A DNA stretch of 63,652 nucleotides, counting the filler, from Choristocarpus tenellus KU-1152 (taxonomy: Eukaryota > Protista > Phaeophyceae): NCBI GenBank assembly GCA_964200185.2. It is 11 parts of 11 records of this genome, joined end to end, with 100 filler letters (N's around TTAATTAATTAA, not from the genome) between each part and the next. Parts side by side here need not be neighbours in the genome. Positions count along the whole stretch, not along the records: positions 2,927 to 16,949 come from CAXNAD020001298.1; positions 17,050 to 20,157 come from CAXNAD020022280.1; positions 20,258 to 25,171 come from CAXNAD020012557.1; 8 more parts are not named here. One strand, given 5' to 3'. The notes under the pieces were generated by a model. It made no database searches. It was not told the origin of the DNA and saw nothing but the letters and a program-made list of their open reading frames with translations. The translations under genes were made by a program, and so were the position numbers. Positions 14,301 to 25,271 of the stretch are shown in pieces (positions within the stretch are counted from its first letter, which is position 1; each line of letters opens with the position of its first letter).

Positions 14301-15911
14301 GGACCCCAACTCTAACATACAAACAAGTCACATCTAACCCATATCAGGGAGACAAGGTAGGAACACTTCCTAGGTGTGAGCAAAGGTTTGACCCTTAACC
14401 ACTTCAATAGCTATGAGTCATCTTTTTGTCCGTGCTCATAGTAGACTTTCCCCCTTCTCAAGCCATGTGGAGTGACGTACTTGAAATTATGGATATCATC
14501 TTACATTCACTCTCTCTCTACCATTTCACACTCTGTCTACAACTTCACCTTGCCTCCCCTTAATTTGTTTCTGTTCAAATTACCTGCATGCCTTCCATGC
14601 GCTCCTTCAGCCGAACCATCTCCTCCTTTCCCCTTAGCAACGCTATTTCTGCCGCCCTGCGAGACCGATTTTCCCTGGCAAGGCTGTGCTGAAGTCGCCG
14701 GGCCTCTGCAAGCCCTGTCCTTTCAGGAGATTCCGATTGCCTTCGATCAGACCTCCTGCTTTCCTCCCTACAACAATAAATATATTCTTGATTGAGATGC
14801 TATGGTTGGAAAAAGCTTGTTGGCTATGAGTGACACACAGCGTATCAATTGTGGATAGAGTTGTGATGAAAGAAGAACACAGAGGTATTGCAAGAATTGC
14901 TAAAGAAGTCACACACCAATACCTCACCTTCCATTTCCCACATTGGAGGGGAAGGGAGCAGTTTGACTCAAGGTAGCATCTCCACCACTCTGATGGCGTA
15001 CATGCCCAACCTCATTCCCCACCCCCACAGCCACTTTCCCTCGCTTCTCTTCCACCTCCAACCCCTGTCCCTCAACAATGCTCTTTCCAGAGGTAGTTGG
15101 TTCTACACCAGCAATGACCCTCTTCTCAGCTCCGGCTCTATCTCCATCTCTGACCCTAGATTGGATAGATTTTTTCTCTACTGTGGCAGTGGTAACTTCT
15201 TTGAATTCAGCTGGAGATGTTTCTGCAGCCCTACACAGCCAAATCAGACCTGCCTCTAGCTCCAGTTTCCTTGCCGCTAGGTGGTTCAAGTTGGCATCCT
15301 TAGACAGGCGTGTAAGTCAAGTGGGACAAAGTGTATGATGGAAACATCGAGGTAACACATGATTGATGACAAGGGGCTGAAGGTATGGACTTTGAAGTGA
15401 AGTAGGCAGTGGAAGGGGTGCAGCACAATTTTGAGTCAATTTGTACTGTTTCAAGTTCTAATTGGCGCATAACTCCACAAATTCATGTCAGTTGGCACTC
15501 TAGCCTACTATCTCAGTGCTCCAACCCCTCTCGTATCCATAAAAGAGGAGTAGGCACGTCAGTAACACAACTCATTTGTAAGATCCTTGTCACATCAGAT
15601 TTGTACCTATCATGCAACAATTGTCTGAGCCTTCCAGAATTTGAGCATGCTTGTGTGGGACCACTCTGCCCTGTCTACTCCCTCTGTAGCCCATATGCCT
15701 ACCCACCTAGTACAAAGGAGAAGCAATACAAACATAACAGCTGAGTACTATCCATAAGTGAAGTTGCCCAAAGGCGTTGACATACCGGTGGGAAAACAAG
15801 CTGTCCCTCCCTGCCCTCACGGAAGCCCATGGACACCATGAGCTCAACTCCTCCCTCAGCTGATCCAATGGACCTCAGGAAGGTTGGATTCACCGTGTTG
15901 ATGACACGATA
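8326..15911 (-). CDS. Partial multi-exon gene: PUB domain (C-terminal half), coiled coil, beta-rich module and EF-hand-like motifs
   Basis: Phase-consistent GT-AG exons on the minus strand: 15911-15786 (YRVINTVNPTFLRSIGSAEGGVELMVSMGFRE, PUB-like), 15298-14928, 14767-14584, 13594-13532, 11761-11546, 11094-10867, 10355-9933, 9368-8841, 8486-8326 (last acceptor less certain). The 9933/9368 junction builds an EF-hand-like LRRIFIGLDSTGLGEVSLASL. The 5' and 3' ends were not found. Confidence 0.8.
9633..9890. mobile_element. MITE family A (about 258 bp), intronic, TSD CATA
   Basis: GAG...CTC termini, imperfect TIRs (GAGTGAAAGTATC / GATACTTTGACTC), CATA at 9629-9632 and 9891-9894, several homologues in the window. 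Confidence 0.9.
11868..12043. mobile_element. MITE family B (about 176 bp), intronic, TSD AAGT
   Basis: TIR-like GGCTTAAAGTATATGGGGG / CCCCCAGATACGTTGGTTC, with AAGT at 11864-11867 and 12044-12047. Confidence 0.85.
12100..13480 (-). mobile_element. Degenerate retroelement-like remnant inside an intron
   Basis: Fragmented minus-strand ORFs with only faint RT-like character. Not part of the spliced gene model. Boundaries are approximate. Confidence 0.2.
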
Positions 15912-16154
15912 CTGCTCCAGGCGTAGATAGAGGAGGAATGAACAAGTGAAATCAATGAAGAGCACCATAAAGAAGGTACAGTGGCAGGCTGGGGAGTAGA
16001 TGTAGGTGGAGTAGAGTGGATGTACACAAGCTTGAAAAGGGTACAATGAATCTCAGGTAAGACCTGGATACAAACGTCTCAGGCAAGCATGCTTTCCTCA
16101 ACATTTTCCCATTGGTCTTAAGTTCTGGCCTATAGTATCCTAGAGGGAGGTGGA

Positions 16155-16413
16155 GAGCAAATTTATCTTAGAGGGTACGAGTTTTGCCCTGTTTGTCCAT
16201 TTTTGGGCTTGGCTTCCCTCGGGGTTCTTACGACATTTTCCTACTCCAATATTTTTCGGAGTAGGTAAAATGTATATACTACTAAAACGTGTGTCAGGAA
16301 CTAGGATATTGACACTTCCTAACAAACACGATAGCCAAAATTACATCGAAATTTCAACAATGGATTTTGACTCCTAAATAGACGCAGCTCAATCCTCGAA
16401 GATACTTTGGCTC
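16155..16413. mobile_element. MITE family A, TSD TGGA
   Basis: Full-length homologue of 9633-9890, with TGGA at 16151-16154 and 16414-16417. Confidence 0.9.
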
Positions 16414-16850
16414 TGGAATGTTTAGCCCAAGTGGTCCATTTGGGGCTTGACAGGGTGTTGTAAGATACCCCAATATAAGGCCCATTTTTCTGGAGATATT
16501 CCCTCGGATTTGGTCCAGGCAGGAGGATGGAAAGGAAGGTGTGCTCAGATAAAGGAAATTGGTCTTACACCTGAAATGTCCTCTCATATGGCATGAAATC
16601 ACTACACAGTCACACAGGTCCCAATTGGATGCCTAACCTCACCTCTAGGATACTATGGACCTCTTGAGGCCCTGAACTATTCGCTGTATGTATATTTTCT
16701 CAAGCATGCTCACAAAAACCGCATATCATGTCACATACTTCACACGCACAAAATAGAACTAATGCAGAATGAGGTATTCTTTCTCCCTTGAAAACAAGGC
16801 CAAGAAAAAAACTCACTGATGACTGAATTTCCCGATAAGAAACAAAATAT

Positions 16851-16949
16851 GGCTCAAAGTATCTGGGGGGGGGGGGGGGGCGGCTGTCCATTTGGGGACA
16901 ATTTTTTGATGTCGGGATTTTTGTGTTTATTTGTTTCAAATGTGGGGTG
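16851..16949. mobile_element. MITE family B, truncated by contig end
   Basis: GGCTCAAAGTATCT-polyG-CGGCTGTCCATTTGGGG terminus. Confidence 0.8.
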
Positions 16950-17049
16950 NNNNNNNNNNNNNNNNNNNNNNNNNNNNNNNNNNNNNNNNNNNNTTAATTA
17001 ATTAANNNNNNNNNNNNNNNNNNNNNNNNNNNNNNNNNNNNNNNNNNNN

Positions 17050-17245
17050 GTTGTTGGTCGGGGCAACCACAATTTGGGGGGGGGGGGGGGGGGGGTCTAC
17101 AACGGGGTGTCCATTTGGTCCATAACCAGGAAACGTGCACGTACATTATTCATACGACGTATGCAGCCAAATCGCCCAAAAATCGGGACATGAAAAAATT
17201 GACCCCAAATGGACAACGGCCACCCCCCCCCAGATACTTTGAGCC
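17050..17245. mobile_element. MITE family B at contig start
   Basis: Internal sequence is homologous to 18427-18605 and ends CCCCAGATACTTTGAGCC. Confidence 0.8.
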
Positions 17246-18426
17246 TGAACATATAATGAATATTCATTATCCGCTGGACCTTTGCCTTAGCCATCAATTA
17301 TCTCTGAAATAGGACCAAATACTGACCCATCATACCGCCATGTACGTTACTACTTTGTATTGTACCGAACTAAAGATAAACGTATACGAACCTATGTTAC
17401 ATAACTTTTGTCAGCACATAAAACATAAGAATAACATCAAGTTATTCGACATTGTGATGAGAAGAAGAGTGACGACAAGGGCAGCAGTGATGATGAGTCT
17501 GTTGTTGTGTCAGTGAATTCTTCTCGTCCAACTAAGAAATAGCCTTGTCGCTTCCAATAAGTTGTAGCTATTCGGCACAAGGTCAGCTTCGAGGAAAAAA
17601 AACACGGTTGGGGGCATTGCCTTGTCCCGCACAGTAAAGCGCACAGAGAAGTGTAAGGATGACACTCCAGGTTAGCGCCAATAAAAGGCGGTGGTTATCT
17701 ATGACTGAGAAAAGTGATTTTCTAGACTTGCTAGGTAGGAAACAAAACGCTGGCGTAAGGACCATTTCATTCATCCAATCTTGTAAGGAGGAGATTGAGA
17801 AGCAAACTTGTTGACAGTGGAAAGGGCGATGAGAAGGTGACTAGGAAACCACAAGCGGTTAACATATATAATTACTAGTATATGTTTGTTTTGTGATAAT
17901 AATGCCTGCACTACACCAATAGTTTGTGCTGTCCAACTGCGTACCTGCTGCGAATAAGCCCTATGTCTAGATCTAAGACACTTTCCAACAAACTAATCGC
18001 TGACTGTTTTTGTGTTGTTGTTGCTGGTGAATCAGGTGAGTATCATGGTCACGGGCGCCGTGGAGGAGGCCAAGAGAGATCCGCCGGTGATCCGAGACAC
18101 CATCGCATGTCATTTGGTCCAAAGCCCAAAGCCGAATTTCTTCCAACATTGCTGCCTGATGTATATGTCAAGGCCTTGGAGGATTTGATAGTGAGGAAAC
18201 GTGGGCGAGAAAGTGCTGTTCAGAAGCTTTACAATTGGACACTGACAAGGAGGGGAGGGAGAAAGAGATCGTGATTTTGACTTGGAGAAAGCATTGGAAG
18301 ACCTTGAGATGAAGCCTTGAAAACTCCCGACCAACAACAGCATCGCTAGAGCTCACGAATGGCTGCGACTAGAAGAGCAGGAGAACATAGTTAAGGCCTT
18401 GGTGCAGGACCTCAGGGATGGACTAG

Positions 18427-18605
18427 GACTCAAAGTATCTGGGAGGGGGGGGACTTCTACACTAGGGTGTTAATTTGGGTCATAACCAGTAAAAGTGCAC
18501 TTACATTATCCATCCAACGTACACAACCAAATAACACAAAAATCATGACATTAAAATATTGGCCCCATATGGACAGCCGTCACAAACCCCCAGATACTTT
18601 GAGCC
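18427..18605. mobile_element. MITE family B, full length
   Basis: GACTCAAAGTATCTGGG...CCCAGATACTTTGAGCC. Flanks share TAG (imperfect TSD). Confidence 0.85.
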
Positions 18606-20062
18606 TAGTTGAGGTAGTTCATGCTACGAGCTCTGCAAGTCTGGCTGGGGAGGATGGGGAAGGACTATCCGGAGACTATATTGTGACAAGGATGGTGATG
18701 GTAATGGTTATGATTGCGGTGGAGGGGCGAATCTTCCTCCCCCCCCTTTAAGTCGAAGAACCACTTATTTTTTTACTGGAGGCAAAGGTCGAAGAGAGTT
18801 GGATAAGGTCAGGCCTGCACATTGTTACACGGATCAAAAACAGAGTTCTTGGGTGATTTGACCTTGAGACCATTAATGCACACAGATATCGATTCTTTGA
18901 CAGATGGATGTTTCAATATGTAGTTATGTTCTCTTCGCAAATAACCTTCATGACACAATGGCATTCAGTGCTTGGGTGAACAATCAAATCATAAACACAT
19001 GGGTCACAGTTGTTTCCAAAATGCCCCCCAATTGAGCGGTTACAGCCTGTTTTTGAAAACTACTAACTCTAAGGTAAGTAAGCCCTAAATATCAAAACTT
19101 CTTTTAAATGGAGTTTCGTCAATGCGATTGGTCAGTATGGTTACCCATTTTGGATTAGCATAGTGTTGTTTTAATAGGGGCCACCCACTGAAGTCCCAAG
19201 ACAAAAGATTGTTTTAAATTCTCATACAAGAAAAATAATTACGAAAGGAAAAGAATTCCTCGAAGGCGAGATCTTGTGTGTTCTTCTGGACTCGCAACTG
19301 TGGAGGACCCTCAAACAAGATTGGTGTCGCTGTAGCTACCTCCTATTGTGACAAAATTAAGCTATCGTTGTCCTCCCGAATTTTTAGTCCGATAAAAGGG
19401 GGGAAAAAAGTAAAATCTCACTATGCTACCCAGAGTCACCTCTTGGGTATACTTACCCTTCCTTACACCTGATGTCACACTCGGGACAGACAAGCATCCC
19501 TTGGTGATAATTGACTTGGTTTCGACTCGGTATCCTCGGCAGCCGATTTTTATGACCAGTCTGACATTACTTGCCCCTCTGCTTGTACTCTTTGCTCCCA
19601 GTGCGGCAAAGCTACTTGCTACAAGGGTTTAGGCAATCGTCATACCGAAGACTACTTTTACAACCTGCTTCCTTCCACTCAAACTGTGTGCAACGTGAGA
19701 GGGTTTTGTTAAGGGTCTGTGAGGGCGAATGGGGGTAATATCTCCTCCCTCTATTGGACCTTCTGGTCCGTGGAAAATGCCACAGGTCGACGCTGCAGGA
19801 TTCAAGGGACTGAAGTGGAAGAGTGGCCTGTATTAGATTTTCTGTTTTTCTGTGTTTCTGTGTTCTTATCTATATCTGCACCTCCGACTTACCTGTGGCG
19901 AAGATGCTCTCTCTCTCTTTCCTGGGTGTCCCTCGCAATAACATCCTCTTGTGTATTTGGTCCCTGCACCTCACATCACAATCATTTCGTTATGGTATGT
20001 CATTAGAAACACACCCACCAAGAAATGCACGCACTGACACAAACTTGTTCTAACAATGCTGT

Positions 20063-20157
20063 GGGTCAAAGTATCTGGGGGGGTGGGGGGTTGTTTGAGA
20101 GGGGGCGTCCGTTTCGGTCAAACAACTCTTTTTTTTGCTGACATTGCCAATCCGACA
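20063..20157. mobile_element. MITE family B-related end at contig end (other end fragments at 20258-20293, 33386-33406, 63600-63652)
   Basis: GGGTCAAAGTATCTGGGGGG terminus. The matching fragments carry CCCAGATACTTTG or its complement. Confidence 0.7.
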
Positions 20158-20295
20158 NNNNNNNNNNNNNNNNNNNNNNNNNNNNNNNNNNNNNNNNNNN
20201 NTTAATTAATTAANNNNNNNNNNNNNNNNNNNNNNNNNNNNNNNNNNNNNNNNNNNNGTGTAGACCCCCCCCCCCTCCCAGATACTTTGGGTCAA

Positions 20296-20629
20296 ATTTG
20301 ATTTCGGTATCTCCACACCGACCAAACTTGAGCAGCGACGTACTCCAGACCAGTTTTTTGCAAGGAGTTCAGCCCTACCAATTCATTTTTGTCCGTTTTG
20401 AAGTTGTGGCCTTCAAAATTGCGGAGGTATTCCCCCGCGTTTTTGCCATTCTTTGATCGGGACATAGCTCTCCTTCCCCGAAGCCTGGACATTCGTGGAT
20501 ACAAACCTGGAAAAGCTCTTGTTATACCCTTTCATTTGATATATATATATATTGTTGTATAACTATTGTGGTAACCCGGTGAAAAAAACTACGATTCCCA
20601 CAGAGGGAAAAGCTACTGGTACCACCTTA
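20296..20629 (-). mobile_element. Second copy of the right end of the 503-2310 TIR element
   Basis: Collinear homology with about 1975-2310, including AAGCTACTGGTACCACCTTA. Confidence 0.85.
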
Positions 20630-21686
20630 CGTAATCGAAAGCATTCGGGACCATTCAGATATGCAGTGTTGATCAAGTTGTAGATGAATTTCGTTCTGAC
20701 TACTATATATATGTATATATTTAGTTTTGAGAGCTCCAGCACCCTTCGTTGCCTGCACTCTCATGGGGGAGTGTGCAAAATAGGACAATCATGAGGTGTA
20801 CTCTATTTTTGAGTATGTGAGATTATGGTATTGGATTGAGTCCATGTGATTTAACTAATCAGATAGTACATCTAGATTATGTATGGGGTTGGGTTTTGCA
20901 ATTAAAATTCTCTGGTATAGCTGTTGACTTACATCTGAGGCACAAATAATAATATAAAAGCAATAAGAAGACACCCCACAAGGTCACTCTTCTTTTCAAG
21001 CATGTAAGGATATTGAGCAATTGGGAATCGTGTGAGACTCCACACCTTCTTGTCTTCACTACATATATACCGATCAAATAGCAATAATGCCTTTGAAGGT
21101 TAATTTCACACAACATAAGCCCTTGACAACGAATATATATATATCTACATGGAAAGGAGGATGTGTGTGTCGACCTTTTGTTTGAGACGAGTTAATGGCA
21201 GTTTGGGGATTGTAAACAGTTTAGTAGAGATCACCGATTCTATATACCTAATTGGCACCACATTTGAATACAAGGCAATATGATACCTTTCTCCGCGTTT
21301 GTTAGAAGGATGTTGAAGCCTCTCCTTACCTTTCCTTGATCTTCTCGACGTAGAAATGCCTACACTCCACGTAGGTTGACTGTCAAGGCAGCGGCCCTAC
21401 TCGCCTCCCCCTAAAATCTCGCCTTCAAAGAGGTAACAAACCTCCTCATCCTAGTCCTTCTCAATCTGCAAACTAATAAAAGGATGGAACAACCCACTGG
21501 TTGAACACAAAACATGATATATTCCTATAGATACGGTTTCATTTCATAATTATATTGAAATAGTTAATACATGTATTACAACAGTGGGGGTACCCTTTTA
21601 AGGCATGGTCGTCCCAACCAAGATCAATACTTGTTGCATCATAGTACTAACTATACTAAGGGGGGGGGTCAACAGCAACAGTCCCC

Positions 21687-24353
21687 ATGAGTCGTCAGAG
21701 CCGCCAGAGCCGTCAGAGGGGGCAGAAAGCAGTGTCTGATCCTTACACACAGGGGCTGGGTGCTCACGGGAGACAACAGAGCCCACCGAGGGGGTCACGC
21801 GACACGACTCATGGCGAAGCCATTGAGTCTTCAAGACCCGACCCTGTACGCAATGGTATTGGGCGGCACGGCCTTCATAAGGACTGTGGACGTGGTAGGC
21901 CTTCTATTTCGAACAAGGGATTTGGCAGGAAGTTAAGCAACAATCAAAATCACCCTGCTGATCGTGCCAATAACCCAATACAGCTTGGGGGACGAAGATC
22001 AAATGGGGAAGAAGATCGTGGTGTTCCAGATCAACTGATGGCAAGAGGATCGACGAAGTGCCAAAAGCAAAGGTCACAGGTGACAATTTTTGATCACCTC
22101 GTCGCCGAGAGTACCAAGCTTGTTCAGCAGCCAGTTAGGGACAGTACCGAGGGGATACACACGCCACAACGAGAACAAGGAAAGGGTGCACCTGGCCTCA
22201 AAGGTGAAAGAATTGTCAGTGACAGGACTCATCACAACCCTTCGATGCGGGATGGGGTTGTAACGCAGTCTATCAAGCCGGGAAAGAGGCGGTTTGGGCC
22301 GACAAAGAAAAAGCTTTCGGTTCTGAAAAAGCGCATTCTGTTGGACCGGGCAGAGAAGTGGCGTCTGCTCTTTGCACAGACAGATGCAGACACAGTAATG
22401 GTTACAAAGGGGATACCAAGCGAGACCGGGTCTACGGTAGGGATTGCACAGGGGGCAACCGTGGGGTTACAGCAAATTGCCAACGGAATAGACCATGGGA
22501 AAGTTGAATCTATTGAGTGCAGCAGTCAGGCGACTAATCCTCTCTTGGCTAAGGGTTCACAGGAGAAGGATGTTGGTACATTCAGAAGCATTGACTTCAG
22601 TGGCAAGCATCTCAACAATGGACATATCGCTGGGTGGAAGGTCTCGATCAGCAACCTGGTGACCGAAGAGGACATCGAAGATGATGACGAATACGAAGAG
22701 ATTGTCAAAGATACAATTGCCCTGGCAGGGCGCTTCAGTCAGGTGACCTCAGTAAGTATTCCCCGCAAGGGGGAGGATGGCGTTGGGATGGTAATCGTAG
22801 GACTTTCTTCGAAGGAAGAGGCGGAGGCAACTGTGGACGGACTTCATGGTCTCTTGGTGGGAGGTCTCACCCTCAGCGCTGTTGCTCTCCCCAACCAGGA
22901 GAATGGGGATGGGGATTCTAGAAAGCAAACGCTTGTGAGCCAGGAGGTACAGCACCAGTTCTACCGTAGCTCAAAGGAGACAATACTGACTGATGTTGCT
23001 TGTGGAGAAAGTGACGCCATTGGAACTTGTCGTGGGGGTGAAAGAGACAAGTGGGTTGTGAAGGTGATCAATTTAGTGAGTGGGGAGGATGTTGAGGACG
23101 ATGATGAGCACGCAGAGATTGTCGACAATGTGACTGTCTTGGCCAAACGCTTTGGTCGGGTTGCCTCAGTCTATGTACCTCGTGGTGGTGAAGATGGTGT
23201 GGGGACAGCAATGGTGGAATTCACATCCCTTGCAGATGCAGAGTGTGCTGTGCAAGGCCTCCACAGCTTGGTGGTGGCAGGACAAACCCTTGAAGCTGTC
23301 TTAGAGACTGGCACTGTGGGTAGTTCCTGGGCTTCCGGTGCAATTGGGAAGGGGGAGGAGAGAAAATGGGAGGGAAATGGAGCTGGTACAAACCGCTCAG
23401 GCAATGGAGGGTATGATGGGAGGAAGGGTGCTCACTGGTGCAGTGATGCAATGGTGAAAGATAGTGTAGCCACAAGTCGCAGCAATAATGTTGTAGAGGG
23501 TCTCAGGGAGGGAGAGGCCACCAATATCGGCAGAGGTATTGATGAAAATCGAGGCCACTGGAGCAGTAAAGGCTGTAGTATTGGTAATTGTGAGGGCTGG
23601 TATGTGACAGTGAAGAATCTAGTAAATGAGGGAGACCTAGAGGAGGACGATGAGTATGAGGAGGTGTGCAGAGATGTCGTGAATATGATAGGCACTGTTG
23701 GCGGTCAGCCACTTTTGTTGGATATCCCCAGAATGGGGGATAGTCGCATGGGGACAGTGTTTGCTAAATTCCGATCAGGTAAGGAGGCAGGAATAGTTGC
23801 AGAGGGTCTATGCCTCCTCAAGGTTGGGGGTAAGCTGCTTAAGACTGAGGTTCTGTGCCTTCCACCTGGTGCATCAGAGTGTTCTTCTGAACCCCTGTCG
23901 ATCAGTTCGGCTCCATTACCACTCCCTTATCGAAGAGCCCCCTTGACAACAGATAAGAGAGGGGTCCAAGGAGAGCACACGGTTGAATCTGCTCTTGGCC
24001 CTATTTCTAACTACCCTCATAGTATGGGTAAAGATGGGATGGGAGAAGAATTATCTGTGGGGCCTGGGGAATCAGTGAAAGGCTATGGTATGTTGTTGGG
24101 CGAAGGAGGACAGGCCTCTCCACCTGAGGCTCATTATGAAGACACTAAGTGTTTACCTGCTGCTGAAGAAGGTAAGGAACTGTTGGGTATCAAGAGAGTA
24201 GATGGTGTGGCTGCAGCTAGGGCTGTGGTGAGATCAGCGGAGAGAGGTGTAACGAAAGGAGGAAGCGGGAAATATTTTCCGCACAAGTACAGGGAGGCAG
24301 CGGATCTGCCCAAATTTCCATTGGATGGTTCAACCCGGGAATATGTGAACCAG
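21687..24353 (+). CDS. SECISBP2: SECIS-binding protein 2 (SBP2/SECISBP2)-like gene, large 5' exon with three U2AF65-RRM3/UHM-like repeats; the L7Ae domain is expected in downstream exons outside this contig
   Basis: 912-aa ORF. K-rich motif KPGKRRFGPTKKKLSVLKKRILLDRAEK (22275-22361) resembles the SBP2 Sec-incorporation domain KKGKQRE.PK.KKPTSLKKIILKER. REYVNQ (24336-24353) resembles the R(D/E)YCSQ motif just before SBP2 L7Ae. Donor CAG|GTAGGG at 24353/24354. Three repeats W.V.I.NLV..ED.EDD.E..EI..D......FG.V..V.IPR.GE.G.G...V.F at about 22635, 23052 and 23598. Confidence 0.75.
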
Positions 24354-25271
24354 GTAGGGAAGTTCGTCTGGTACTTTGCTGTTACCCTTTACTTTCCACA
24401 CAGAGCACTTGTGAGTACTTGGTAGGGTGAAAATGAACCTAAAGGCTATTTGGAGTATCATAACCTGGGTTGATTTTAAGAGTCAGGCTCTACGAATGTG
24501 ATATTGAGATGTAGCCCTGTGTGTATGTGAACGCTATGCAGGGTCTGAGTTTCTACCTTGTCCACATTGGTTTTATTGGTTGGTTTCAAGGCATGGGTCA
24601 GGCTATGTAGGTGCATGGTTGCAGTTGTAGAGGTTGCTGCATGCGTGGGAGTGGAGCAGTGTTGTTGAAGAACATCTCAACGAATACGCCTTCACGTTTG
24701 CAGTGCAAATGTCCATTGTTCATGTTGATGCAAGTCTGACTTCTACACTGCAGTTTGTATACAAGGAGCTTCCACAGTGCTGTTGCGCTTCCTCGAACTC
24801 CCCTCCCCCGCCCCCCCTTACCTGTACAAATTATTTGCAGGCAGGGAGTGCCAACGCACCCAGACACAAGGCATACTGCTTTCTGCGTGTGCCCAGCAAC
24901 AGATTTTGTTTTTGTTGTGATTTTATTTTTATTTTTATTTTTATTTTTTCGCTTTTAGGTTCAGATTGTTTCGTTCTTTTTTTTTTTTAGGCGCTCTGTT
25001 CTAGCATCTCATTAGGAGGCCTCTTATTACAGTCGAGAAGAGTTATTCCCTGAAAATCTCAACATCCTTTGCGTGTATGTTTTTTTTTTTTTTTTTTTTT
25101 TTTGGGGGGGGGGGGTTTTTTTTGTTTTTTTTTTTTTTTTTTTTTTTCTTGACATCTCCAACCGCGTTTTTNNNNNNNNNNNNNNNNNNNNNNNNNNNNN
25201 NNNNNNNNNNNNNNNTTAATTAATTAANNNNNNNNNNNNNNNNNNNNNNNNNNNNNNNNNNNNNNNNNNNN

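Noticed and set aside
24354-24425. C-terminal 23 aa of the 912-aa ORF
   Set aside because: Probably intron read-through after the CAG|GTAGGG donor.
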